DNA of 64,000 nucleotides, from positions 98,580,001 to 98,644,000 of the forward strand of contig OX597817.1 in the NCBI GenBank assembly GCA_951406725.2, in the 5' to 3' direction. Position 1 is the first letter of the stretch; the number at the start of each line of letters is the position of its first letter. The notes beneath the pieces are model-generated. The model was not told the DNA's origin. It searched no databases and saw only the letters and a program-made list of their open reading frames with translations. Shown one piece after another: positions 50,286 to 63,995 of the stretch. Position numbers and translations under genes: made by a program. Origin of the DNA: Octopus vulgaris (taxonomy: Eukaryota).

Positions 50286-51050
50286 CTACAAGTGAGTAGT
50301 TGGTTTATATCATAATGCAAAGTTTTGAAATGTTTACTATCATCAATAAATTATAGATATACCCGCATGTCATCAATAATGATGGAGCTATTGTTGAAAA
50401 GTGTACATGATGAAAGTTGCTAGTGAGAGAATGAGGATGTAAATAAAAATGCCAAAATAACAAGAAACTGAGAAAATTATATTTATCACTCACCAAATAT
50501 TACACAGATTTGATTACTGTTAATATGTACAATATGTTGTAATTAATGATTCATTCGCTATTCTACATTGCTGTTTTCTACAATAAACACTCTACATAAT
50601 TTCATAAATGTTGTATATGTATTAAAAACTACCAAAATATATACATATTCATACATGGGTACATGAACTTGCAAATGGGTTAAGGGGCAGAAGGTTTAGT
50701 TTATGCAAAAGTTGCACATTTACAACATATATAACACATTCCCTGCAAAAGCTACAAATATACATAATAATTATTATTCACATCCATACATTTGTGTGCA
50801 TATGTGTGTCTATATATGTGCATGTTTGATTGAAAATAGATTTTCTTTGCTGGTGGCATATAAAAAGCACCCTTTGAACATTGCACCTCACAGAAGCAAT
50901 GATAAGTGACTGAGACCTTTGGTAATATGCTGTGCTTGAGGAGACCTGTGCAGCCAAGTGAAATTGTAGTCAAGGTCGATGCCAGTGTCATGTAACATGC
51001 ACCTGTGCCGGTGGCACACAAAAAGCACCTCTTTACTCTCTCTTTTAGTC

Positions 51051-51450
51051 TCTCTTTTACTTGTTTCAGTCATTTGACTGCGGTCATGCTGGAGCACCGC
51101 CTTTAGTCAAGCAAATCGACCCCGGGACTTATTCTTTGTAAGCCCAGTACTTATTCTATCGGTCTCTTTTGCCGAACCGCTAAGTGACGGGGATGTAAAC
51201 ACACCAGCATCGGTTGTCAAGCAATGCTAGGGGGACAAACACAGACACACAAACACACACGCATACATATATATGTATATACATATATACGACAGGCTTC
51301 TTTCAGTTTCCGTCTACCAAATCCACTCACAAGGCTTTGGTCAGCCCGGGGCTATAGCAGAAGACACTTGCCCAAGATACCATGCAGTGGGACTGAACCC
51401 GGAACCATGTGGTTGGTTAGCAAGCTACTTACCACACAGCCACTCCTGCG
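51051..51450 (-). mobile_element. Full-length tRNA SINE (young copy), nested in an RTE 3' UTR-like remnant
   Basis: Reverse complement of 22494-22904; flanks 50845-51030 and 51455-51610 resemble the RTE 3' UTR. Confidence 0.9.
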
Positions 51451-52711
51451 CCTTTTCCTGCACCCATTACTCTCTTGGAACAGTTGTCATTAGGAAGGGC
51501 ATCCAGCCATAGAAACCATATCAAACTAGCCCTCCAGCTTACCAGTTTCAGTCAAACTATCTAACCCATACCAGCATGGAAAGCAGATGCTAAATAATTA
51601 TGATAATGATGATATAAATAGAGAACACAAAAAATGAATATGATTAAACTTTCAATTTCTATTGTTATGTCATAATCACTTGTACTATATATGCATGCAT
51701 GTGTGTGTATATATATACAAATTTGCATTAGTATGCCTGAGTTAGTATTCATGTGTATATGATATTTTCTCTCTTCCCCCTGTCTTGTTTCCTTTCCTCC
51801 TTCTTCAAACAGCTGAGTGTTACCAAAAAGAAAAGTATATATGCTCAGTTTCATCATCATCATCATCATCGTTTAAGACCGATGTTAAGCAATGATGATA
51901 ATGATGATGAAACTGAGCATTATATATATAGATACATATTCTCTCATACAGCATAATATTTCTTTAGACTTTGTACTTAATTAAGGGAAGCAAATCTAAT
52001 CTTCCTATTGATTGTAATCTTTTTGAGTAATTGTTTCTTACATAGGAATAAAATGCGAATAAAAATGGGAAGCCCAAACATTCATGCATTAGCAAAATAA
52101 GAGAGTAAAATGTTTCTAATTAGGAGCTAAAATGTGTTACAGACTGAACATACTGAGAATTTACTTTTAATTGCTATTTTGGAAAATCAAGATAGTATTT
52201 TAGATCAATTTAAATTATTTAAATTAATAAAAAATACATAAGTAGTTTTGAAACTCTAAATGTTACTAACGTTGAATTAGTCCTTTATCTAGAGTGTAAA
52301 GAAAGCAAGCCTGAGCCAGAAGGTACACAAAGGTCTGAACTTGAGAGTAGAGAACAAATTCAGGTAGAAGAGTGTGATATGATTCAAGTTTATTTTAAGT
52401 AGATCAATGATAAGATTCATTTGTTTTGAAATAAGTATAAAACAATAACTATGATACATTCTGTAATATGAAAGAATTTATTGAAAATAAACATTGTAGT
52501 ATGAAAAGTAAAACAAGGACCAATAGGACACATATATTAATGGTACCTCAGCACATGTATCATCAGTAACAGGAGCACATTTCATATAGTAGAGGTATGT
52601 AGAATACATATTTATTCAAGGGAGAAATTGAGATTTTAAGATAAAGCTTTTACAGTGATTAAAATAATCTAAGATTAAAAAGTCATTGGTAAATACAATA
52701 TTGATTTAAAA

Positions 52712-52915
52712 TTTTGGCACAAGGCCAGCAATTTAAGGGGAGAGGTAAGTTGATTACACTGACCCTAATGTTCAACTGGTACTTAGTTTATGGATCTTGA
52801 AAGGATGAAAAGCAAAGTCGGCTTTGGCAGAATTTGAACTCAGAATGAAAAGACTGATGAAATGCAGCTAAGCATTTTTTCCACCATGCTAACAATTTTG
52901 CCACCTCACTGCCTT
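52712..52915 (-). mobile_element. Second tRNA SINE family (MetaSINE-like body)
   Basis: Minus strand: ggcagtgaggtggcaaaattgttagc (A-box-like), gagttcaaattc (B box), body gccgactttgcttttcatcctttc...taagtaccagt. Confidence 0.7.
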
Positions 52916-53390
52916 CTTAGTAAATATAGTATTAATATATGAAATCAAATGCTAAATCCTATAACTGAATATTGACACTGCACACAAATCAAAACACTTA
53001 AGACGAGTGATGAGTTTATATGTGTTGGAGAAGTCAGAAGCAGATCATAACAACAAACACTATTAAGAACCTAGCCTGAGCTAAACATAAACCACAGCAA
53101 AGCATAAAGTACATGTAAAGTTTGGTAGGAGGGAGAGGAAAACTTGAGGAGGAAATAAAGAAAATAGGATAATATCATAATCATTATCATTACATTCTTC
53201 ATCCTCATCCTCATCGTATGTCTGTTTTTCCATGTTTCTACAAGTTGAACAAGCATTCTCCAACACATTTCATTACATGTTGCAGCCAAAAGACAATAAT
53301 TATTTCAGCTTAGTTACAAGGACAATGTTTCAAAGTAGGAAAAAATATAGCTAATATCTTATAGGGATTTTATTTTATCAATTACAGCAA

Positions 53391-53469
53391 GCTTATTAGT
53401 ATATACAGTTCTATGTCTCACTGTATGAATGTTGAACAGTGAGACACAGAACTGTATATATTAATAGGC
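53391..53469. other. Near-perfect 34-bp-arm hairpin in a host intron
   Basis: gcttattagtatatacagttctatgtctcactgt / acagtgagacacagaactgtatatattaataggc with an 11-nt loop and 3 non-Watson-Crick positions. Confidence 0.85.
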
Positions 53470-53543
53470 ATGCAGTCTTAGTTATCCATGTTATACTAAT
53501 CTAGAACTTTAAATAATATGCACTGTAAAAGAGAAATACTTAC

Positions 53544-53601
53544 AACAGGATAAAGATTGCTTCTGGCGCCTTTTCTGCCGGGCAAGCACATTAGGGAGGC
53601 T
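53544..53601 (-). CDS. Host gene exon (3rd): SLPNVLARQKRRQKQSLSC
   Basis: ttttaattgtag| acceptor, |gtaagt donor, 58 bp, phase 0->1. Confidence 0.85.
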
Positions 53602-55099
53602 CTACAATTAAAAGCAACCTTCATTATTATAACTCTTACTCATGCATTTGAAAATATTATATATGCTTTTCAACACACTGATATGAGTGGTTGATCAAAG
53701 AACCGATCAAATGAAACCACAGTTCAGGTATGTAATCTGTGTTTATCTTACATTAACAAGTACAAGCAAGACTACAGATTAAAAAATTCACTTTATAATC
53801 AAATGGTTTTGGGTTCAGTCTCCCTACATGGCACATTAACTATAGAACAAGACTGACTAGTACCTTGCAAGTGACATTGGCATATGAAAACTGTGCAGAA
53901 GCCAGCCAGCCAATTGGTAGCTTGCTTGCCCATTGAGTGGGGTCAGGAGTGAGTGGGGAAATAAAGGATATTTGCAGAAGCATAGTAATGATGATAGAGT
54001 AAACAGGAAAAGAGAGAGTGAGAGAGAGATTACATGCTGTTGAGTAGGTTGCAGAAGTGGATGGGAAGAGTAAGACATACATAGTGCATGAGGTGGATGA
54101 GACATATGTTGGTGGGGGAGGCAAGATAGTATGGTGGCACAGTGGGGGTGAATGGTCAATGAAAAGCTGTGTACCTTTATATTTAAAATGTTCATATGCA
54201 CTGAAACATCATAAGACCTTTGCTGTGGTTACTGTCTTGAAGAATAAATTCTCCTAATAGACTACATGCCAAGTACAATATATTTTCACACACATACTGT
54301 CTATAAGGAGAATTTCTTCTTCAAGAGAGTCACTTTTAACATCTGAATGTAAATATGGGATCTTTTCCTTTTGAACAGCAGACAATTTCTAGTTAACTAA
54401 ACACTTTAAAACTTCGTATACTGGTAGAATGTAAATGTGCACAACTTTGTTTTAATCATCATTGCTTAATTAAATCCAGATTGACAAGTTCTTAGTGGAC
54501 TATGAATAACTGATTCAGTGTTTATAACTGATGACACATAACCATGCATAAACATAGAAGTTGACAAAGGAATGCAACAAATGATGAGATGCTGTGTTGG
54601 AGAGGCCCAACCATCTCATGCAAACAAGATGCAGACGATGATGATGATGGCAATACATTTTTCTTTATATCTTTTTTTTATGTTAAGATGATTGAACTTA
54701 CAGCTGTTGATCAATGCAGCCTTCGCATTCTTTCACAAAAATTATGCATAGAGCACTCTTTGTTTTTTCTGAAAAGTACATTAACAACCTCACTTCATAA
54801 TTGTGTGTATGTTTGTGAGCACATGTGTAGTGTATGTATGTATGTTCTCTTCTATTTTTAAATAAAGTGGTTTCTAACAAAGCTACAAAACTCTATTGTT
54901 GGAATGTAGATAAACATATTCACATTGTGAACTTGAGAAAAGTCTTGCATATTTTTACTGTTTCACTCACAGATTGAATTTGTAATGTGCATATTAAATG
55001 GTTGATTTCTTTTATTTTGAAAATCCTGACTTTTCCAGACTGTCATTTTAGGCATTTACTCACAAAACCAAATGCATCAATTATTAATGATATAAATGT

Positions 55100-56660
55100 A
55101 AATTTATAATCTGAGTATAGAAGTTGAAAGTTTCGAAGCAGTTGTCTATAATTATTCTCTTTGTCTTTGACATTTGAAGAAATATTCACATCAGCAGGAT
55201 AGCTGATCTATGAGTAAGTACATCCTTTTTCTTGTCTGTTCCAAACAACAATATCCAACCTGTTATATGTGCACTTGGTAGAAGTTTTGATAAGAATGCT
55301 CCACCAATATTCCTGGTGTTGATGGTTATGTACATATTCAATAACAGGGGTGCTCTCTATATTCATCCAAGAACAGTTTTTTTCAGATGGCACTGTATAT
55401 TATTTTAGCAATGTAGACTTGCATTGGGAAGTAATATCTTGATGACAATTTTGGGCAGTTGCTGATTAAACATATGATGTGACATAATTGACATTTCCAG
55501 TTGAATCTTGGGGCACCAAGGACTTCACTGTCCTTTTTGTTTATTATGTGTTTTGTTGCAATCTCCTGCTCTTGGATTGCAAAAGCACAGCCTTCAAAGT
55601 ACAATTTGATGTAGCATTCATGAGACCAAGAAAAGCTGTACATTATGTCAATATTACAGCCATCTGTGGGAAACATACCCATGCATAGTCTTTGTTTTTT
55701 TTTTGTTTTGTTTTTTTGGTATGCTGAGCATTTCACATACAGATTTTCTTTGGGGTATGTTAGCCCAGCTGCTTTTCAATTGTATGAGTTGTCAAGAAGA
55801 CAGTGCTACCTGAGAAGGTCACTGCTGACATATAAGATGTTGTTTTCTTCTCTTTTCAGTATTAGGTTTAAGCATTTATTTAACTGCTGTAGTTTAGCAG
55901 ATGCTGTCTGAGAAAGACTATACATTTGAAGGCTGTTTGCACTGATCTCAAGCCTCTACTTCTATTACCTCTTCTAAGGTAGGGCTTGTTGATATCACTG
56001 TTTCTGTGGAAGCTTCCAGCTGATGTCAGGATCTTACAGGTTTTAATGTCTATGTTGAGAATTCCCTCTACAGCCCAATCAAGTAATCCAAATATTGGTA
56101 TCAGCATTGATGCTTTAAATGTATTGTGTTGTAAGAGGAAATTTCCAACTACTATATTTTTTCTAAGTCTGGTGTAGTATTCTTGAGTCATCATCATTAT
56201 CATTATCCTCTACTTTTTCGTGCTCACATGGTTCAGAGGGAATTTGTTGAGGCTTACATCTATAATACAATGTCAAGGCAAGGAGACCTTTGTATATGTT
56301 TTCATCAATGCCAAGGTATATTTAGCATTCTTTACATGGAACAGGAGATATGGAGAGACCATTGATGCACAGGTTTGGGGGATTTGGGAGATTGGTTTTT
56401 CATGTTCAACAATCAATTATGAACACTTCTATTGGCCAAATTCCATTCTTATGTCAGCTGAAAAATGTTAAGTCCAACTTTTTTGGCATTGTAAACACTT
56501 TTAGCATAGATCATCAAGTCATCCACAAAGAAATTATGGGTTACATTGGTATCTTTAAAAGTTGCAATCTGAAACATGTGACCATTGAATTTTTATAGTA
56601 GAAATAATAATGGATTTAATGACAAAATAAACAGAATGATAGAATGACTATCTCCTGGGA
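55100..56660 (-). mobile_element. Highly degraded R4-like non-LTR relic
   Basis: FHRNSDINKPYL...RGL, FAIQEQEIATK, CQLC...ISNCPKL, NRLDIVVW remnants. Confidence 0.7.
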
Positions 56661-56689
56661 ATATTCCGTCTGAAATATTTATAACATCA

Positions 56690-59544
56690 GAGATGATCAT
56701 TCCACTCTTTCAGGATTTCACAACTTCACTACACGGCAGTACTATTTTTTCTAAACTAGATCTTGTCCATATATATCACCAAAGACCCACCCACCCTACT
56801 AACATTCCAAAAACTGCTGTAACTACTCCCATTGGTGCTATCGAGTATTTAACAATGCCATTTGGATTACGCAACGCTGCGAGCTCTTTCAAATGCTTCA
56901 TAGATAAAGTCATCTGTGATTTCCATTTTGTATATGCATACATCAATGATCTCCTCATTGCCAGTTCATCAGAAGCAGAACATGAAAGTCATCTACAACA
57001 GCTATTTGCTCATTTGTCACAGCATAATACCTGGATTAATGTTACAAAATGTGTTTTCAGAGCTTCCTTCCTTACCTTCCTGGGATACACCATCGAATCA
57101 GGCCTTTAGCCAAAAAAGTTGATGCCGTCAAAAAGATTCCTTTACCTACTTCACTGTGTCAATTCCATCATTTTCTAGGCCTCATAAATTTTTACTGACA
57201 TTTTATTCCTAACTGTGCGCAAATATTGGTACCCCTTACAGATATGTTGCAGAACAGAATGAAAACAAATGAACCTGTCTCATTCACTTCTACCCAGATA
57301 TCCTTTCAGGATATCAAACAGAGTTTATCACACGTCTTTATGCTGACCTATCAGGCTCCTGACACAAAGCTGTCATTGTCTGTAGATGCTTCGGACCTTG
57401 CTGTTGATTTTGTGTTACACCAACAGTGTAGTTCCAAATGGAAACCTCTTATGTTCTTTTCAAAATGGCTCAAACCAGTCCAGGCTCATTACAGTACTTT
57501 CAGTCATGAACTGATCGCCATCTACCTCACAGTGAAACATTTCCAGCACGTGCTGGAAGGCAAGAATTTCCCAATCTACACAGATCACAAGCTGCTATCC
57601 TTTGCTTCGAAATGCAAGCTCGACAAATTCTCACCTCAAGATATGTTACTTGGATTTCATTTCCCAGTTCACAAGTGATATGTGACACATTCCTGGAAAA
57701 GAGAATATCACTGTTGATGCTCAGTCTTGTTTGTCTATCGACTCCATATTCTCACCTACTGAGATTGATTTGGATGCCATGGCAAAAGATCAACCATGAG
57801 CAAAGGACATAGATAACAACAAACCAGAGTTCTCTCCTTTGACCTACAAGGCCTACCTGTAATAACTTCCAACTCTGAGATTCTTTGTGACATCTCTACC
57901 AATTGCCCTCATCCATTTGTGCCCAAGAACCACAGATGCTGAGTGTTTTCTGCACTATATGACATCTCACATCCTGGCATTGCTGCCACTTTGAAGCTAA
58001 TTTCAACTTGTTTCATCTGGTCCAACATGAGACAAGACATCACTAACTGGACCAGGAACTGCCTGCCTTGCCAGAATATGAAGGTTCACAGGCACATCAA
58101 AGCACCAATCAAAGCACCACTGGGATGCACATTTCTAGCATATCCACATATATCGTCACCAACTGTCGCTCAGGCACTTGTATCAGGTTGGATTTCTCGT
58201 TTTGGTACACCTGCAACAATTACAACTGACAGAGGTTGACAATTTGAATCACATCTTTTCCACGATCTGACAAAAATCTTAGGATCAAGATGTAGCCACA
58301 CACAAGCTACCATCCTGTCCAAAATGGATGCATCAAGTGATTCCATTGCCAATTAAAAGCATCTCTGTGTGCATATCCTGACCCACAGAAATAGACAGAA
58401 TATTTGCCCGTTTTTCTTCTTGGTTTTAGTTCTGCTGTCAAAGCAGACATTTTGTATAGATCACCTTTATGGATTACCAATTGTTGAATGGATCACCTTT
58501 TTCATTACCTGCTCAAACAATCACTCCAGTTTCATAGCATTCAAAAGATTACACAAGCTACATGGTTTGTCTTAGACATTACATGGAGACCTTGCTTCCC
58601 ACCAACACAAGACAGCAATCCATTAAAACCTATGTTCCTGCAAACATATCATCCTGGACTCATGGTTTCATGAGAAATGATGCAGTTAGCCACCCGTTAA
58701 CCCCTCCATACCAAGGACCTTACCAAGTTTCATCCCATTCAGAAAAAATTGCCACTATTGACTATAAAGGTGTGAAAGACACTGTCAGTGTGGATAGACT
58801 GAAAAAGGCTTACATAGACACAACTGTTCCCACTCCCATTCCACATAATGCATACACTGCACAACAGACACTGCCCACACAACAAACTTCAAATTCGCCC
58901 TTCGTAACTACTAGTAGCGTACAAAATGTGCATTGGCCACAAAAATTGACTCATACTTACATCTAAAGGAATATTGAATGAACTTTTTCATATTTTGTTT
59001 TTATGCCATTTTCATTGTTTATGCATGCTATTTCATTGTTGTGTTTGCACCCTATTTTTATTATTGTATTACATATTACATTTCCTTTGGTTTATTATTT
59101 TGTACCGTAAAGGCTCCTGGTATGTTTTGCCATAAATTCACGATTGCCAAGGGAGTCTGTAACATATCCATCATCCCTACTTGGATTGTCTCAGGGCTAA
59201 ACATAAAAGCCTGGAAGGGACACAGCAGGCCGCCATGACTCATGCACAAAACACAACAGCCCTTACAGATAATGAAAGTTGTGAAAGGCATATAAGGAGC
59301 CCAACTGACAGGACTCAGCCTATTTTTCCTTTGGGCAGTCAGCTTGCCAACTGCCTACAGCTAAGACTGATAGCTCTCTTTCTTTGTTTCAGTGCCCTAC
59401 ATCTGGTGTCACTTTGAATTCACACACTCAGAGTTTGTAAGTTTACATACCAAGATGCCTTAGCATTTTACAATGAATAAATCATCTTCACCAAACATCT
59501 GTATTACCTGAATTTATTGCTTGCTCTTCACAAAAAGATATTCA
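56690..59544 (+). mobile_element. CsRn1-like gypsy relic, 3' half (RT, RNase H, integrase, 3' LTR from about 59158)
   Basis: [32 protein letters not shown]...CLPCQ, ITTDRG, PPYQGPY, VSVDRLK; purine run aagggag then TGT at 59158, TATA-like near 59290 and AATAAA near 59476. The LTR end is approximate. Confidence 0.88.
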
Positions 59545-60416
59545 TGAATGATACATGCATGCCTGTTTTGATTCCCTAATACATTGCTATCACAAATACA
59601 TATCTCAAACTATTAAAGATGGATAAGGCAATTAAGAATATGAAGACAAAGTAAGTGTGTGGCCCATCAGGAATTGCTGCTGAGATACTTAAAATATCTG
59701 GTAGAGTAGGATATGGTTCGGCCACCAATATAGTTAATCAGGTTATTCAAGAAGAAAACATCTCCAATGACTGATGTAGCAGCTGTTACACAGGAAAGGA
59801 AGATAGAAGTAATTACAGTTAGAAATAATTATATAGGCAACAAATTTCAACATGAACCTCCACTGAGTCACACCTATATTTCACACCATCAATTACTTCA
59901 GTCACCTCTATCCTATATAACCATCCCTCCACACATTCTTATGAAACTTTCACCTTTGCCTAGTCCAATCTTCTGTAAGACTTCACCTATATTCCCCCTC
60001 CCCACTGTGCCTTAAGAGTATGTCCTGACACAAACCCACCACCATCTCTCTCTTTCCATCTCTATCTTTCTCCCCCTTATTCTCCAATGGGGATATTCTT
60101 GTAGCTCTTCTACAGCAGGACACCTATCTCTATCTATTATTCTTTTAACTTCTCTTCAATTGGCACAAAGCCAGCTTCCGAAATGTTACCTCACCCCAGT
60201 TGAGGGGACTTTATTTTGCAACCAGGTGACCTTACTGGTGCTGGTACCACAAAAAAAGTACCTAGTATATTCTGTAAAGTGAGTGGCATTAAGATGGGCA
60301 TCCAACCATAGAAACCACGCCAGTATGGAAAAACACATATATTGATGATGATGATGATGGGATTAATATGTGACTAGCGAACAAAGTGAATTACAAATAC
60401 ACCACATAAACTTTAC

Positions 60417-60575
60417 CTTTGGAGCTTCACCTTCACCAAGATTAGAACTGCACTCTTTTGAACTTGATGAACTTGATGATAATCGAGGAACACAACTATT
60501 TGTGTTCTGAGGTTCACTATTACCTATATCAATGACTGGTGGTGGTGGTAATGGACGAGATTTTTCAGCAGAATG
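60417..60575 (-). CDS. Host gene exon (2nd): HSAEKSRPLPPPP...GEGEAPK
   Basis: ctttttgtag| acceptor, aag|gtaaag donor, 159 bp, phase 0->0; RPLPPPP class I SH3-ligand-like motif. Confidence 0.85.
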
Positions 60576-60902
60576 CTACAAAAAGGAAAGTATGTACATG
60601 TTTACTAGATTTTAACTGAGATTGTGTACTGAAGCTGTATCAAGATATGTTACAGTATGAATCATATGAAGTTGTTTTGTCAGTAGTGTTTTGCTGTTGC
60701 CATGTGTTTACTTGATGTGTCCTAATACAATTGTTATCAAAATAAGTTTTTGCAATTACAACTGAAAATATATATTTAACAATTGTTGTAGGAAATGTAT
60801 GACTGTAAAATATTTTCATATGAATGTAATGAGAAAGATTCAAATAACAATCAAATGCAGCACTTGCAATATTGTCTGCAGAGGTCAATAACAGAATAAG
60901 TA

Positions 60903-60948
60903 TGTTTTAAACCTGTTTACATCCTATGATGTAAACGGGTTTAAAACA
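60903..60948. other. 21-bp-arm hairpin in a short host intron
   Basis: tgttttaaacctgtttacatc-ctat-gatgtaaacgggtttaaaaca, one mismatch. Confidence 0.8.
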
Positions 60949-61090
60949 CAAACTAACATGTTAAAAGACAAAGTAACATGTAAAATACATGAATGTGTGT
61001 ATATTTACATATATATATATATCCTATACTTATATTTTTTTTCTCAAACCACATTTAAAAAAAACATTGAAGAACTTTTTTCTGGAGTAC

Positions 61091-61183
61091 CTTCTTCAAA
61101 ATTGACTCTGTTCCATTATGAATATTTAAAGGCATAAATTTTCCCTTAGGACCAGCTGCATTTTTCGCTTTTTCTTCATCTTG
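61091..61183 (-). CDS. Host gene exon (first seen in window): QDEEKAKNAAGPKGKF...ESILKK; the gene continues upstream (possibly NEK4-like)
   Basis: ttttttcag| acceptor, aag|gtact donor, 93 bp, phase 0->0. The six exons join into one uninterrupted frame. Confidence 0.82.
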
Positions 61184-61619
61184 CTGAAAAAATATAAAAA
61201 TCATTCTAAAGTATTTTGAGGAGAATAAGACTTTTAAAACATTAGCTCTATGCTTCTCTTCACCCTTACCTTACTATTCACTACATCCACCTATCAACCC
61301 TACCCAATCTTTATAAGCATGACCCAATTTTCTCTCACTCTTCCAGTCATTCCCCATCTCAAACCCATCCCTCACCTTCCTCATACATTCTTGCAACCTA
61401 TACTCATCCCCATTGTTCCCATTTATCTTTATTTACCTTCTTGAAGTTCAGGGCTCAACCTGACACTTCATCACCATTATTTTACCTCTCTTTCCAGCCC
61501 AACCTCAGTTACTTAACACCAACTCTTCTATAGTAGGAACAACTTTGTAGTCCTCTACAAGAAACCTGTTCTGTTCTTGTATCTTTCATATTTTAACCTC
61601 TCATCACCTAGTATAAAGC

Positions 61620-61654
<35 letters not shown>

Positions 61655-62044
61655 TGTAGAACCACTCAGTTAAAAAGGAACTTAGCTTTGCAAACTGCAT
61701 GGCAAGATCACTGGTACTGGTGCCACAAAAGTTACACCCAGTATGCTCTGTAACATGGATGATATTAGGAAGGGCATTCAGCTGTAGAAACCCTGCCAAG
61801 CAGACACTGAAGCATGATGCAATGCACAGAACTACCAAATCCTATCAAATCATCCAACCTATGCCAGCATGGAACATGGACATTAAAAGATGATGATGAT
61901 GATGATATAACTCAAACTAGGTATTATTTTCATCAGAAAGATTTCAACTTATAAAGTTTTAAAGTATCCTTGTCTTAAGTTAATATCTTCCATATTTTAA
62001 ATTCAATCTACCTTAGGTTTATAAATATTCAACAGACCTGGAAG

Positions 62045-63995
62045 GATTGAAAAGGTGATGGTAGCAAAAAACTATCAAGTAGCTAGATGCGAAGCCAGAG
62101 GAGAAGCAAAAAGGAAGTAGCTTGCCAATGTTCTGCAGCATGAGGACCAGTGGCTTGAGGTGTTGCAGTTTGCAAGACTATGTGTCAGGGAAAATCATGT
62201 TGTTGTTGGAGAGAAGTGAATTCACATGGATGATGGTTCACTTGCAGGCAGTGCTCCTGCAAAGAAAGCGGCTTTTAAGTGCCACTATGAAAGGCTACTA
62301 AATGTACAAAACACATGGGAGAAGAAGAATATGCCTAATATGGATCCAACAGATGGACCAGCTATTCGAATAGACAGTAGCTTGGTAGATAAACCAATTA
62401 AGAATATGAAGACAGGGAAAGCCCCTGGCCCATCAAGAATCATCACTGAGATGCTTAAAATATTTGGTAGAGTGGGATATGGTCTAGTTACCCATATAGT
62501 TAAACAGGTAGTCCACAAGGGAGTCATACCTAATGACTGGTGTAGCAGCATTATAGTCAAATGCTACAAAAATAAAGATGATGCCTTAGACAAAAATAAT
62601 TACAGAGGTATCAAATTGCTGGACCAGGTAATGAAAGTTACACAGATGGTCAACTAATTAGGTAGAGAATAAATCTAGATGAGATGACAGTTTGGTTTCG
62701 TGCTAGAGTGAAGCACTACTGATGGTAAGGCAGCTGCAGGAGAAATATTTAGCTGAAATAAACCTCTGTACTTGGCTTTGTTAACATGGAGAAAGCCTTT
62801 GACAGGGTCCCCTCACTCCCTTATGTAGAGGTCAATGTGGAAGGGGTAGATGAGCAGTTAGTGAGAGCTGTACAAGCCATGTACAGGGATGCTGCCAGTA
62901 AGGTGAAAGTTGTCAACAAATGTAGCAATGAATTCAGAGTAGAGGTAGGAGTCCACCAGAGATTGGTTCTCAGCCTCCTCTTGTTCATTAGAGCTCTTCA
63001 AGTCATAACAAAGAAATTTAAGTGGGCAACTCTTGAGAGCTCCTGTATGCTGATTATTTTGTTCTTATAGCTGAATTACAACCAGAACTAAACAAGAAAT
63101 TTTAGGTGTGGAAGCAAAGTCTGGAATCAATGAGTCTTAGAGTTAATTTAGCAAAGACCAAAGACCAAAGTGGGAAAACAGATAAATCACAAATCCTTTC
63201 AGGGAGATAGCACTACTCGATATGTAGAACAAATGTAGGTAGAAACTCCATATGGTGTACCTTATGTGCAAGTTATGGGCACATAAGAGATGTAGGAGTA
63301 TAAGATGAAGCGTAACAGAGAAAGTAGTCTTTGTGTGAGGCAGATGTGCAGGTACAATGATTACTAGAAATGTACAGAAAATAGATTTCCTCTAATGCTT
63401 GTTAGGATACATAGAAGTAGTAGATAGCTTCTGTTAAATAGATGACCAAGTCAGCAATGAAGGAGGAAGCTTTAAGAGCATAGCTACTAACATAAGAATG
63501 GGCTGGGCAAAGTTCAGAGAGCTTCTACCTTTCTTCATAACAAAAGGCCTTTCCCTCAGAGTAAAAGGCAGATTGTATGATGCCTGTGTGTGAACAGCTA
63601 TGCTATATGTTATGTTTCAACATGGGCTATGATGGTAGAGGATATGCAAAAGTTTGAAAGAAATGAAGCTACCATGTTCTGCTGGATGTGCAGTGTCAGT
63701 GTGCACGTGCAACTGAGTGTAAGTATCTTGAGAGAAAAATTGGGTATAAAAGGCAGCAGATGTAGTGTGTAAGAGAGAGAAGACTGTGCTGATATGGTCA
63801 TATGATTTGTATGGAGGAGGACAGCTGAGTAAAGAAGTGTCTGTCTCTAATTGTTGAGGGAATATGTTGGAGAGGTAGATCCAGGTAGAAATGAGATGCG
63901 GTGTTGAAATACGAGCCTTGGTTGTTGAGTCATACAGAGGCAATGACAAGTGACTGAGGCTTCTGGTGATTTGCTGTACTTGAGGAGACACATCA
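62045..63995 (+). mobile_element. Old degenerate RTE LINE (linker, RT, PHD, C-terminus)
   Basis: GKAPGPS, NYRGIKLL, EKAFDRVP, GVHQ and decayed PHD cysteines; many stops. Confidence 0.9.

Noticed and set aside
52854-52865. ctgatgaaa as a hammerhead
   Set aside because: Lies within the SINE head, with no flanking helices.
53075-53290. Acidic/Cys ORF fragment as a host exon
   Set aside because: No compatible splice sites; exons 53544 and 50285 join without it. Probably a transposase 3' remnant.
56690-59544. Missing 3' half of the gypsy at 43049-46350
   Set aside because: Both relics contain RT and RNase H with divergent sequences and their LTRs do not visibly match, so they are separate insertions.
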